From contig CAJNYD010000048.1 in NCBI GenBank assembly GCA_905331295.1, positions 62,001 through 126,000 on the forward strand: a stretch of 64,000 nucleotides of DNA. Direction: 5' to 3'. Position 1 is the first letter of the stretch. Each line of letters starts with the position of its first letter. A program made the translations under genes and the position numbers. The stretch is from Rotaria socialis (Eukaryota). Shown here piece by piece: positions 28,721-41,911 of this stretch. The notes under the pieces are model-generated. The model was not told the DNA's origin. It saw nothing but the letters and a program-made list of their open reading frames with translations, and ran no database searches.

Positions 28721-29634
28721 TATGATATTTTTTAAAACGTTGGTTATAAGCAGCGTTCTTGAAGATGATCGTCAATTTTTTTGCTTGATAGACGTTCAAC
28801 ATTTTTATAATCAAATTATTAAAAGGTATAACCATCATGACTAATATCATGATCTTACTATTCGTTGTGATATTCTTCGAAAACAGTTAGAAACTCTATT
28901 TTCGAATCATTATCATTTTGAAACTGTTAGTAGACGAGATGAAACTTACATCGCCTTATATGATATCATTCGTTATTCTCGTGACTGCTATCTACTTGAA
29001 TGAATCCTCAAAAGACGACTATTTTGTTCGTCAAAAGTTCTATTACAAATATTTCAAAGTTCTCTAATGAAGATAAAGTGACTAATGTCAGATCATATTC
29101 AATGCAGTACGGCTACTTCGTACTCATTTGATCGATAAATTATATTTACTTGAAACACTATTCAAAGAACCTGAAAATATGACTGAACTAACTAATGATC
29201 TAATTGCTGATTGCATACCTGTCGTACTCCGTAATTCTATTGATTTTCTTACTTCGACTCATGGTCAACTCAAATAGTTCGAAGCCAATTATGTCTATTA
29301 TAAATTATTTACAAGGGGGAAACGGCAGACGTTTGAACTTGACTTTACTTTGAGGTACTTTCAGGTGTGTACTTCAAAGAATGTTTTGACTTCAAATTTA
29401 CTTGAAGTTACATCAGAGTTGCTATGCTACTTGTTCTTATTTCGGACTACTTCGGTGATACTTTGAAGTACTTTTCTACTTCAAGTCCACCGTATTCGCT
29501 TCTTTATTTAAAAAATGATCTTTTTCCAAACGAACTACAAATCATTAAAACACACGACAATCAGATATGACATTCTGAATACCAAACATGTAAGGAGTCC
29601 AATTCTAATATTGATGGTGTATGATGCATTCGTC

Positions 29635-29952
29635 CCCAGGTCGTGGACGTACGGTGGGAAACGGCCGGAAAGCACAGGAAAGCGCTGGAAAGTGGAAGCA
29701 GTATTCCAGTTGGAAGTTACCGGATTTTCTTCCTGTAGATTCCGATCAACTTCCAGATGTAAAACACAGAAAACTGACCGGAAAACACAGGAAACTGACC
29801 GGAATCCACAGGAAAAAATCCGGTAACTTCCAACTGGAATACTGCTTCCAGTTTCCAGCGCTTTCCCGTGCTTTCCGGCCAGATACGGTGATTTTTCCGC
29901 ATCTTTCCGGCCGGTTCCTACAGTATCCGTCCTCCGGAATCGCTGACCTGGG
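29635..29952. mobile_element. Foldback MITE of the CCCAGGTC family
   Basis: TIR CCCAGGTC...GACCTGGG with a TC 2-bp TSD. Long internal inverted repeat ~29663-29754 versus ~29790-29880. Confidence 0.88.
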
Positions 29953-30507
29953 TCTCTACGCAACCATGTTGCTTATATGCTTATATCTCGAAAAACACGA
30001 TCTATTTTCTCCTATTTTGTATTCGACCAAAATAGGAGATCGAATTATTTTAATTATTTCTTTCGATTTATATAACATTCTGTCACTGAAATTTATTATA
30101 CTACTTTTTCGAAACTAATTGAATTATTTTTCATTTAAGTGTATTAGATGAAATCAACAGGAGAATACTGAAAAGATTTAATGCAAGCCGCCCTTCTTAC
30201 TGTGATTAAAACGTTAGATGGCGAAATATATTTGCACTTTTTTTATTGTTATATTTTCTTTCTTGATGAAGATTCAAAGATGCAACGATTGGTTCTCCTA
30301 AGTAGTTATTGTTATCTCGTTCTTATTGTTGCATTGTTCCTATTGTTTTGAAAAATCTAATATAAATCAGACGGAATTCTCAGATTGACTCTTAGTCAAC
30401 AACTGTTCATATCACTCATATTTATATACACATATTCATTTCTGCTATAATATAAAAATTTGATACGATTCTTCTTCAGTTCGGTATAATTAACACCAAA
30501 ACTAATA

Positions 30508-31486
30508 ATGCCAATAACAGTAAGTGAAAATGTTCATTTTGAATCTTACTGTATTCAGAATACCTGTTTGTTTTCAGGATATGAAATGTAAAGTTACGAT
30601 CGAAATCATTCTTGGAAATTATTTACTTTATGATGGTGGACAATGTGCAAGCTGTAAACAACCTATTGGAACGCATCGTAGTCAAAATGGTAATTCACTT
30701 TTTCAATGAATATTAATAAAAATTATATTTATTTTAGAAGTCGTAAAAGAAATTAATAAATCAAATAAGAGTCATGAAGATGTTAACATCGAAGCAAGAG
30801 ACAATGTGAATTACAAATATGATGAATCAGGGCTCGAGAAAAAAAGTATGCTTTGAAGTTTCACGTGTTGTCCGATGTGCTTATTTTACATTTTCTATTA
30901 TCTGGTTCTTTAGATACGTCAATTTCATCATACGAAATCGTTGATGAGCAGAATGACGATCCACCTTCTCTCTTATCTGATTCGAATGATTCTGAAAGTA
31001 TGAAGTCATATGATTCAAATGACTCTGAAAGTATGAATTCATCTGCTTCTTCGGAAGCACATTTTCATCTTCATTCAAACACAACACGTTCAGATTCACA
31101 GCAAACGGCTAACAATAACAAAGTTATACAAACAAAATTGGAAGATCAAGCAACTAGAACAGTGTCCGAACGACGTAGCTTTCTCTGCAAAGAATTCCTG
31201 AGAAAACATTATTGTTCTCATATGGGTAATGTATTAGTTGCTTTTCTTTTTCTTTTAATAATAATAGTTTTCGTTATTTTGAATAGGGTCTGGCAACTTC
31301 GAAGAATTATATGTTCGTATATTTTCTATGATTAATCAAGATACGAATCGTGTTCATCATCTAATGAAACATGCTCGCCATTCATGTCTTGGTCTCGTAC
31401 AAATAACAATGAACGATGATCAATTGATGGATTTATTTAAATTTTTAAATAGTTATCTACCACCAATATTTAAAGAAAATATATAG
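30508..31486 (+). CDS. Uncharacterised 5-exon protein
   Basis: Spliced reading MPITDMKCKV..GQCASCKQPIGTH.. through a Ser/Asp-rich repeat (DSNDSESM x2) to ..FKFLNSYLPPIFKENI-stop. Exon boundaries inferred by eye. Confidence 0.6.
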
Positions 31487-34400
31487 AAGTTGTGCTCATT
31501 TAAATAATTATGATATTGATGTAGCGTTCAGATCTTGTGTTATTGAACCTGTATATGTATATTCATCGAAGAACGATGTTTCATGTGAAACTAAATCATT
31601 CTTACATTTTTTTTGTGTGTTCATGTTGTTCTTGTCTTCTTTTTCATGTAGTACATTCTCTAGGATTTGTTATTAAATAAAAGTCATAACAAGCACATAA
31701 TTTGTGCAGTTGATTATTATTTTCTTCCATTAAAAAACTTGCTAGAGAAATATATAAAATTAACGGTAAATATTGCCTATGTGTACACTTTTTCTTACAT
31801 AAATTTAATTTTCAAATGCAAGAGAATATTTCAAGAAAAATGAAATTTCGAATGACCGTTTTTCGTAATAATTTTCTTCATATGTTATTCACAAATAAAA
31901 AATGAGAAGTGTTATGGCAATATTACCGTCTGTTACGGAAGAACACAGATATTGATTGATTCAATCAGTCAATGTTACTACAAAGTATCAAGTATTAACA
32001 ATTACTGAACAATATCATACATAAGATTCAAACATATTAGATAACGGAATAGTTGAATCCAACGAGAAAACAGCTGATTAAAATCATCTCTAAATCAGTT
32101 AAAATTCATCGTAAATCAATCGACTTTGAGCGTGTTTTTTAATGATTGCAAACGATTTGCACTCATGTCGGGAAAGTTTTATTTTTTTAAAACTCATTCC
32201 AAATCAGATAAAATCACCAAAAATCAGAAATCGCTGTTTCTCCCTTGGTTGAATCAATTTTTCAAGTAAATGAACGAAATTAAATCAACTAGAGAAAACA
32301 AATAGGATTTTGATCTAGTTAATTTAAAATATCACTGACGTAATTTTTACATTAGACTAAATTTGATATCATTGATTGTTTCAAGCGTCAAGGATGTGGA
32401 TGTGGGTGGGTCGCTTAAATCCAAACTTTTACCCATACTCTCTCGCAGCATACCTCAGTTAGTCTGAAGCATCCCTGAGTCTCTCTGAAGTATGCGTTAG
32501 CCTCTCAGATAAGTTGCTTATGTAAAGTTTGTAATAAGACGACGCATAGTTGCAGGAGTCGCCATATAGTATCTAGTAGCTCGGGTACACGTCCCGGAAC
32601 GCCAGTGTTTTGCATTCTCAGTAGTCCGTGACATGCTTCTAGGAATCTTAATTGATGCTATGTAGTTTTGGCTTACTTATATGCATGTGTAAATTTGAAT
32701 TATATAAAGTACAATTCACATACACTTATATGCTTTCTTTTTTGCCGTAGCCACATGTGTGGCTGAATTTTTTTCGAAGTGATATTGTACAGTTTAAGCT
32801 TCATTTATATTCAAGTTCGAATTCAACATCTCATTGGAATTTGAGTGGTTTCGGTGTATTTCTCCTAGGATATCGAAGTCGATACGCTAGGGGTAATACT
32901 GCAAAAAGAATTCGATGGATATTATGACTACGAAATCACAATATCTAATGTTACGGCATTATTACATTGATGCTTTGATTGAGCGGTAATGAACAAAATT
33001 GTATATAAAAAAATGTTGCAATCACAGTTAGGTTTTGGAAGGATATATATAGATAGAACGTGATTGAAAATTACATTTACAGTATTTTATTTTCTTCCGA
33101 GACAACTACGAACTTCACACAATAATTTAAGCATTAAAATATTTAACTGCAAAGACTAATACAACTTTATATATAAAAAAGTGCATCCTTCAAAATTTCG
33201 CTAGGAGGATGGTTCAGTCCCTCCGTGGCTCCGCCATTGCTCCACTACATATAGACACATAATACAATGAAGAAGGATCTGACCAGAAATATTAGTGGAG
33301 CTTTGTTAACCAATGGAATTTTCTGTTTTTTTTTGTATTGATTATATGTACAAAAATAAAAGAAAAGAAAAACTTTTCTTGCAAAATTATTTAGATGATA
33401 AGAACAAGTTAAAAAGAGATGAATTAGTTTGATTAGTACAACCGAATACGATTTTATTTTGAAAAAGTTAAAATTTGAATACTTAAAAAAAGTTTAATTT
33501 AATTTCAAATTCCATGTGTGAATTTTAAGTCATTATAAAGAGTCAATTTGTAATGTATTGTCCATTGCAATGCTCATAAATGAGTAAATCTCCTTGATTA
33601 AGTATTGTTATAGATGTAAGCTAATTTGTATTAGTATTTGTTTATTTCAACGTGAATAAAATACTCAAACAACACAACTTGTGGACACAAGAAGCCGCGC
33701 CCCTTTCATTGGGGCTCCCATGTTGAGCTCTATTTTCTATGAATTTGTTTTTTGTAAAATAACAAACACATATCGAACGGGCGCAGTTGATCACTTGTTT
33801 TATTTCCTATTATTGACTTCTAACCCGATAGAAAGACGTATGAGTTGTTCATATTTTGATGAAGAAAACTAGTTCGAACTAAAACCAGATCCTCTTAATC
33901 TGATTGTGAACAATCGTTAGAGAATGATGGTTTGAACGATAGGCTAGTACTTCATGGTTGAAAAAACGTTTTGTACAATGAATTCTAAAATAGATTGACA
34001 TCATATGTGTAGAACTTTCATTTGATTATCGATCGTAGATTGTGTATCCTTTCTTATTATTCTGATATGATAAAGATAATTAAATGTAAATAGAACATAG
34101 GAAGGTCATGCATACAGGAATGACATCACTAAGCGAAACAATTATCGATTTAATCAAGTAGCTGGATATCAAGAAAAAAACAAAAACATTCTCTTTTTGG
34201 ACATAGAACATTGTCATCGAATGAAATGGCCTGATTGCAGCGCATAGATCAAGTTCTATCTCTAATACGATCATATATATGTATGGGAATTCAAAGAATG
34301 AGGGACTTTTCAATAGTAATGGACTTGCAAGTGCAAATAACAATTGACTAAAACGCAGAGATGAACAAAATAGAAATATAAACAATTAATAATTCAGTCA

Positions 34401-35568
34401 CGATATATTATTAAACATAATTGAGTTCAATAGTAATGATTAAACGACCATTTCTCGCTTTCTATCCTCATAATATCGACATAGTATATTTTTCTACCTA
34501 CGTTTCTTCGTCAAGAAAAGAAAACAATTTCTTCAACTGAAATTTTGTAAAAACAATACTTAAGTGATCACGTATAAATTTCTTTGAACATCTGTTTGCT
34601 ATACCATTTTTCAAAAGAATGACAGTTACAATTTAGTAAAATTTCTAAAGAGAATTATTCATCTTAAGTTTGCTCTATTACTTCTACGTACTGAAGAAGA
34701 TTCTTTAGATTATCTACCTTCAAATTTGTAAGAATAATTATACTGATAGAAAGCATTATTACAAAGAAAATGTTTTTTCCCTAATAATATACGTATGATT
34801 TATAAAATGTCAATTTGTAGTTAATTGCTATGCATTGATTATTCTATTATAACTTCTATCAACGACATTTTATCTTTCATATTCTCTGTCCTTTTGCTAG
34901 TATAATCGACCGGTTCATTCAACACAATTTTTTTTCTTGATTTTCAGATATAAATCTTCAAGATAAAACAATTGACATTTATCGTTCGACAAAAAGGTAT
35001 ACATGGTTAAAATCATACTTGTTTTCATATTCGTTTCATTAAAAATCTTTTTCTGCTTCATTGATTCATTTAATTCATCACTGTTTCAGTTGCAAGCGCA
35101 TTGGTTAGAAAACATTTTAATTAATAAATATTTTCAATTATCAATCGTAAATTAAAGAAATAAAAATATTTAAGCGAAGGTTAACATATGCACGTGCACG
35201 CAAATGTCTCTTTCTTCTCACTTTCCTATTCGACATTTTTCTCTCTTGTTACACGTTCGCATTTTTTTTCTTTTCGTTGCTCTATTCGATTGTATACGCA
35301 TGTTTTTAGAGATAGAGAGTACAAGTGACTAAAATTACAAATCGGGTAAGTTTGATACTTATTTCTTTGAAAGAATGAATAAAAAAAGTAACCGATTAAA
35401 TAAACCTTCAGAGTATGTTTTGCTCTCGGGGCAAATAGACCTTCCTAACTGGTGATGACAGAACGTGTTTATTCGACGATCTGATTTTTTAAATATTATA
35501 TTGTAGTAATCATTATCTTCGCCTATGCAATTGTGTTCAATTAAGTATTTTTTACTAAAGAACAAAAA

Positions 35569-38500
35569 ATGAAATTTGCCGAACATTTATCAGCACATGT
35601 AACACCAGAATGGAATTCACAATATATTCGATATGATGAAATGAAAGAGTTACTTGCTCAAGCTATTGTGAAAGCACAGCCATTCGTCGATGAAAATGAT
35701 AAGTTGTTGCGTGAACAATTTTTTCTACGTGTCGATGAACATTTCTTTCAAGTAAGATAATTCAATGAAAATTTCATTAATTCCTGTTGTCGTTGTTTTT
35801 TTCTTTATTATTCAGTATTGTGAAAAGGAAGCAACAAAAATCAATACATTTTTCGCAGAAAAACTTGCTGAGTAAGTTAAAAGTGTTTTGTACAAATACA
35901 GTTATTGCCGTGCATAGACTGAGTGCATTTGTTATCTAATATGAATTCAAATATGTTGGTCCTCAACATAACGTGAACAGTGAAAGAAAAATAGGCAATA
36001 TTCTATGTTTAACTATTCTTTTTTGAACGTCATCAGAAGATGTACTATGTGTTAAGTGCTTTTTTCATACTGTTGACATTGCAATTAATATATTAATGGT
36101 CGTCTATTTATGATGAGTACATTTTTTATTCTCTTATTTGATTATTCATTGTATAAGAAGACGTTTTACTCTTTTATCATTCTTGTTGATATTGTACGAA
36201 ATAATAAAAACTAGTTTACTCAATGTGCGTGAACAAAATCATATTGTTTGGAAAGAGTCATGTAGGGGCCAAAACTTATACCAACTAAATATTTTGTTAG
36301 AAGACAAACGTATAAAAATGAATTCTTATTTGACGTTAAATGTCTACCATTAAAACCGATGTTAAGTCCTAGACCTAGTATGTAAAAAATTAAAAATATT
36401 TTCTTTAGAGCATCCAGAAGATGGGAAACATTGAAATATGAAGTTATGCAAATGGAACAAGCACATCGGTCTACACTTCATCGTTCAATAGTAACATCTT
36501 CGGGTAGTGCCCGTTCCAATNTTTTTTGAACGTCATCAGAAGATGTACTATGTGTTAAGTGCTTTTTTCATACTGTTGACATTGCAATTAATATATTAAT
36601 GGTCGTCTATTTGTGATGAGTACATTTTTTATTCTCTTATTTGATTATTCATTGTATAAGAAGACGTTTTACTCTTTTATCATTCTTGTTGATATTGTAC
36701 GAAATAATAAAAACTAGTTTACTCAATGCGCGTGAACAAAATCATATTGTTTGGAAAGAGTCATGTAGGGGCCAAAACTTATACCAACTAAATATTTTGT
36801 TAGAAGACAAATGTATAAAAATGAATTCTTATTTGACGTTAAATGTCTACCATTAAAACCGATGTTAAGTCCTAGACCTAGTATGTAAAAAATTAAAAAT
36901 ATTTTCTTTAGAGCATCCAGAAGATGGGAAACATTGAAATATGAAGTTATGCAAATGGAACAAGCACATCGGTCTACACTTCATCGTTCAACAGTAACAT
37001 CTTCGGGTAGTGCCCGTTCCAATGATCCAAATATTGGTGCTACTAATACAGATGGTGGCACATCAACAAAATTAAAACGTCGTTCTGGTCATAGCGAAGA
37101 CGATCATTTAACGGTATCATTGACACGGGTACTACCTGAAGGTTTACTTGAAAAAACTCGTGAAAAACATTCACAACGTGTTCAATATCGAAAACGAACT
37201 GATTTAAAATTAGCTTTCAGTGAATTTTATTTAATGCTTGTTCTATTACAAAATTATCAAACACTTAATTTTACGGGTTTTCGTAAAATATTGAAAAAAC
37301 ATGATAAATTATTTCAAACAACTCGCGGTGAAGAATGGCGGTAAGAATTCATGATAAAACAAACGCGGGGGGGGGGGGGGGTTNCATGGGGGGGGGATTA
37401 TAATTATTTGCTATTGATCTTTAGAAAATTACATATTGATTCTGCACCATACCATATATCGCAAAGTGTTGATCAATTAATTAGCGATGTTGAAATGGTG
37501 TATACTGATACATTCGAATCGGGTGATCGAGCTCGTGCAATGAAACGTTTACGTGTACCACCACTCGAAGAGAAGCAATCACCAGCCGTTACATTTCGTG
37601 TTGGAATTTTTGTTGGTAAGAATTTCTCTAGGAACAAATAGAATCCAGACTACGTATTTTTTATAGGAATGCTTTGTTTACTACTTCCCACCGTTATTGT
37701 ACTCAGTACACATCTTCACGATAGTCAATCAACGAAACCATTAGCTTGGCGACAAGCATTATTTTTATATCGTTCAACATTTCTTGTTGTTTTACATATT
37801 GTTCTAGTTGGTATAAATGTTTATGGTTGGTCAGCATCTGGTGTTAATCATGTACTTATATTTGAAATCGATCCACGAAATCATTTAACTTATCAACAAT
37901 TTCTTGAAATCGGTACATTTTTATTTGTTCTTTGGTTTTTAAGTTTTACTGGATTTATTCTTTCGTCTTATTATGATTTTCATCCATTTGTTCACCCACT
38001 TGGTTTTGTTACATTGATACTTCTTTTGCTATTTAATCCAACGCCGACACTTTATCATCATGCACGTTTCTGGTTTTTAAAAACATTATATCGAGTAATT
38101 TGTGCACCGTTTTATCGTGTTGGTTTTGCTGACTTTTGGCTAGGCGATCAATTGACATCATTAGAATTAATATTTTTTGATATAGAATATTTTTTTTGTT
38201 TTTACATCTATGATGTTGGATGGTGGCCGGTTTATTCTTTATCGCCAACTCGTAGTGCACTTTGTAATGGTTGGCTTCAAATAGTTTTACAAACAATATT
38301 AATGATTTTACCATCATGGTTTCGTTTTGCTCAATGTTTAAGACGATATCGTGATACAAAACAAAAATTTCCTCATTTAGCTAATGCTGGAAAATATGCA
38401 ACTGGATTTCTTGTTATAAGTACAAATTCTGTACGTCGTGCAACAACCATACATTTTCTTAATGATCCAACAGCAAATCCATTTCTATATGTTTGGATTA

Positions 38501-39033
38501 TTGCATCATTTATAGGTGCGACATATAAATTAATATGGGATTTAAAAATGGATTGGGGATTTTTCGATGCAAATGATAATGAAAATAAATTTCTTCGTGA
38601 ACAAATTGTTTATCCGTCGAAATTTTATTATTATGCAGGTATTATACAGGATGTTACTTTTCGTTATATATGGATTATAAATGTCTTTATGCATTTTCGT
38701 ACACGATCCGCTGAATATGCCGATGTAATTGGTTTCATATTTGGTTTAATTGAAGTTTTTCGTCGTTTTATATGGAATTATTTTCGTTTAGAAAACGAAC
38801 ATTTAAATAATTGTGGAGAATTTCGTGCTGTACGAGATATAAGTATTGCGCCAATATCAATGAGAGTTGATCATGGAACTTTAGAAGATATGATGGACAA
38901 AGAGAATGGTGTTCATAATCGACGTAATGCCAAACGACATGATTTAACAAAAGAAAAGATCAAAAGAAAAACATTAACTACCAATGAAACAACTGATAAT
39001 GATACTGCTCATGTTAATACACCGTCTCAATAG
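35569..39033 (+). CDS. XPR1: XPR1 / SYG1-family SPX-EXS phosphate exporter
   Basis: SPX motifs [19 protein letters not shown] and [25 protein letters not shown] motifs [58 protein letters not shown]. Confidence 0.97.
36019..37023. repeat. 503-bp direct duplication separated by a single N (probable unmerged contig or allele overlap)
   Basis: 36019-36520 recurs at 36522-37023 with a few substitutions, and the junction is exactly the N at 36521. Confidence 0.9.
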
Positions 39034-39795
39034 ATTTTCAACATAGATCAAGTAGCTGCTGAATTCGATATAAATGTAGCTGATCCAACATCAACATGAT
39101 TTGCGGATCAAAGAATCAATATCCAGAGCTTGTTCTGTCATCAGAATAATTGGCGATTCTTTTTTTCTTCTTCTATCGATTGTTACTTTCCTTTCTTGGT
39201 ACATTCTATTTCAAGACAAAACAATAATGAGTTCACATCTGATATATTCTAGTCAATTATTTGAAACAGAAAAAAAAGAAAATCATTTTCTTGATCTAAA
39301 GAGTGTGTTTGTAAAACCCTTCTGTTCTTCTTCTTCTTTAATTGTATTTATATATTTTCTATCATATATAAGTAAGACAAGAGCCTAATATATATTTATT
39401 TCTCATGGTGCTTGATTCTATCAAATTAATTGATATCACGAAAAGTCTGTTTTTATATGTTTGTTTCTTTTTTTCAAACAAGAAAATACTTTAAATTATA
39501 GAATGTGTTTAACTAAATAGTTAAACATCAAGTACCTATTTCGTCATTGTTCTGATCACTATTGAGGGTGTATGTGTGTGAAGGCAAGAACAGTACCGTA
39601 CTCTCAGATCCCGAAATGATCTAACAAATTCCAATTTTTACTATCAATGGAATATTCCAACGATTTCTCAAATGAACGTTAACTCAAGTTCGATAAAAAT
39701 CAATTTGATCATCAAGATATTCATTCAGACAAGAAGATTTCTGTCCGATTTATATAAAAATGTATACATTTGTACAAGACAGGAGATCAATATTC

Positions 39796-41223
39796 TTATG
39801 AATGTGGTTCCATGTCTGAACTGAATGTTGCCGACTGTGACAGTGCATCATGAAATTCTACTAAAGGCACAACATCTGTAGCAGTTGGTCGTTTGAATCT
39901 TTGGCGGCTTGTTTTCGTCGTTGTATTATCAACTGAAGGATTGTTATGATCACTGTCTTCAACTGAACTTTCGTTATTCACCAAAGACTCTGTGAAATAA
40001 ATTGTTTTCTATTTGAAACTATCAGTTAAAGGAAAATTACCATTTCGAGTTTTTGATGCTTGTGCTGATCCCGATGATGATTTCGTCGAAAAGAATCTAC
40101 GTTTATTTAAAAATGATGGTAAATGAAAAGGAAAACGACCTTTTGAACGTGATCTTTTATTCATATTTCCTAACGAATCATTATCGTTGGGTCGTAATGG
40201 TATTTGGCATAAATCTTTTGGTAATAATGGAATATATTTTGAACTCATTTTTATTTCTTGTTCTTCATTTTGAATAGCAAATGGTAGAGTTATTTGACGT
40301 TGACGAAGATAAGGATTATTAACATATTCAGATAATCTAATAAAATCAATGATTTATTAATAAAAAAAAATTGAAAAAAAATTTTACTTCTGTAATAATT
40401 GATTAAATAGTCTAATTCCATTTTTTGTTTCGTCGATCGTGAATGGCTGAAATACACATCAACGATAAAATTCTGTATATCTTATGTATGAAAATAGAAA
40501 TGCATACAACTAAATCGACTTCTGCTCGAATTTTAAGACGCCGGAATGAATGAATTGTATCATTTAATGCTGGATAATTATTAATTAAATAGGATTCAAA
40601 TGCTGAATTTGTATCTATATCAGAAAATGTTTCTCGACATGTATGTTCTAAATATAGAACTGAGAAATGAATTATTGCATGTTTTTTTTTAACACTTTAT
40701 TTACGTAAAACAGTATAAAGATCAATTGTAAACATTCGAGCAATATATTGTGGGCATTCTAAAATAGGAAACAAAGAAAAATGAATGGTAGGAGGGAAAA
40801 GGAGGATGTATATTTTTACCATCTTTTGTATAAAAACGTTCTGGTAATTCATGATGGCCAACAAGAAGCCATTGAGGTCGAACTTTTGCTGAGATTTTTC
40901 CATCTGTAGGTAACTTAGATTGAGTATACTGAAGAAGAAAATAAATGAGGTAATGATAACATGAGATTTAAAACTTACTTTTCGAAAAAATTTACAAGAC
41001 CAAAAGTGTCCGTCACGTTTAGATTTAACATTTCCTCGACGAATTTCTCGTTTGATCAGAATAGCAATGACAAGAAGAAGCTGATTAACATAAAATAAAA
41101 GAGGTTCGAAAAATACCTATTTAATTTTTCGTCACTCACCGTCAATCCTACAAGACTGAGAATGAGAGCAGCAGTTATACCCAATGATTCTTTCTTTGGC
41201 TCAAGAGTAGTAGTAGTGGACAT
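39796..41223 (-). CDS. C1orf43/NICE-3-like single-pass membrane protein, multi-exon
   Basis: N-terminal TM segment SLGITAALILSLVGLTLLLVIAILIKREIRR..KSKRDGH, then RPQWLL, CPQYIARMFTID and FESYL. These follow the order of NICE-3 motifs as I recall them (KRQIMRF..KSRRGPH, EPQLL, YLYRMKALD, FRSYL). Confidence 0.55.
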
Positions 41224-41911
41224 TGTTTTCTTTTTTGTTATATCTGAAACAATAGATTCATTTCATTCATATTGTTATCTATTTAGCAATAGAATTATAA
41301 ATTGGCTTTCCCATTTTTACGAGCTGACTGGTTAAACCTAACAGTTTGAAAACAAAATTCATTATAAAACAGCCCACCACCTAGAAAAATTCTACCTTGT
41401 ACTAAATCATTTATATCATTTCTTGTGTTCTTTCCATTAACTGATACTAAACTAACTGCAAAAACGAAACAAAACAAACATAATGATTAACTGCTTAATA
41501 TTATTATTTGAATTGTTGTAAGCTCATTGGCTATTTTATGATCATCACAGGCTGGGCTACCATTACTAGTAGTAATTAAATTAGAATTCATTTTAGTAAT
41601 AGTATTAAAAACAAAAAATTGATTGAGACCAAGTAGAATATACTCAAGAGAAAAACTAGTCGATTTTTCAACCAGCCTGGACGACAACGAACAACAATAA
41701 GGAAATGAATCATCATGTGATATTCTAGTGACATCTGTACCTATTTTTTTCAATTTTTCGATAAAAAAAATGTGCTTTTTAAGAAAAAAAATCATTTAGT
41801 GTACTTTTTTTTATTAAAACAGATATTGAAAGTCATGTTCCGTACCCTAATGGAGGACTGAAAATTCTAGGCGGGTTATCGAATTTTTTCAAATTTTCAT
41901 TAATACCAAAA

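Noticed and set aside
29515..30118. Overlapping ORFs on both strands (103-165 aa)
   Set aside because: They are by-products of the GC-richer palindromic MITE at 29635-29952.
32330..33245. GC-richer non-coding patches with a small hairpin (AGCCACATGTGTGGCT) and a TIR-like end (GGCTCCGCCATTG)
   Set aside because: They are probably repeat remnants, but partner ends and boundaries could not be established.
36019..37023. Apparent tandem duplication of an XPR1 exon/intron segment
   Set aside because: The junction is exactly a single N and the copies differ by a few SNPs, which is the signature of an unmerged allelic contig overlap rather than biology.
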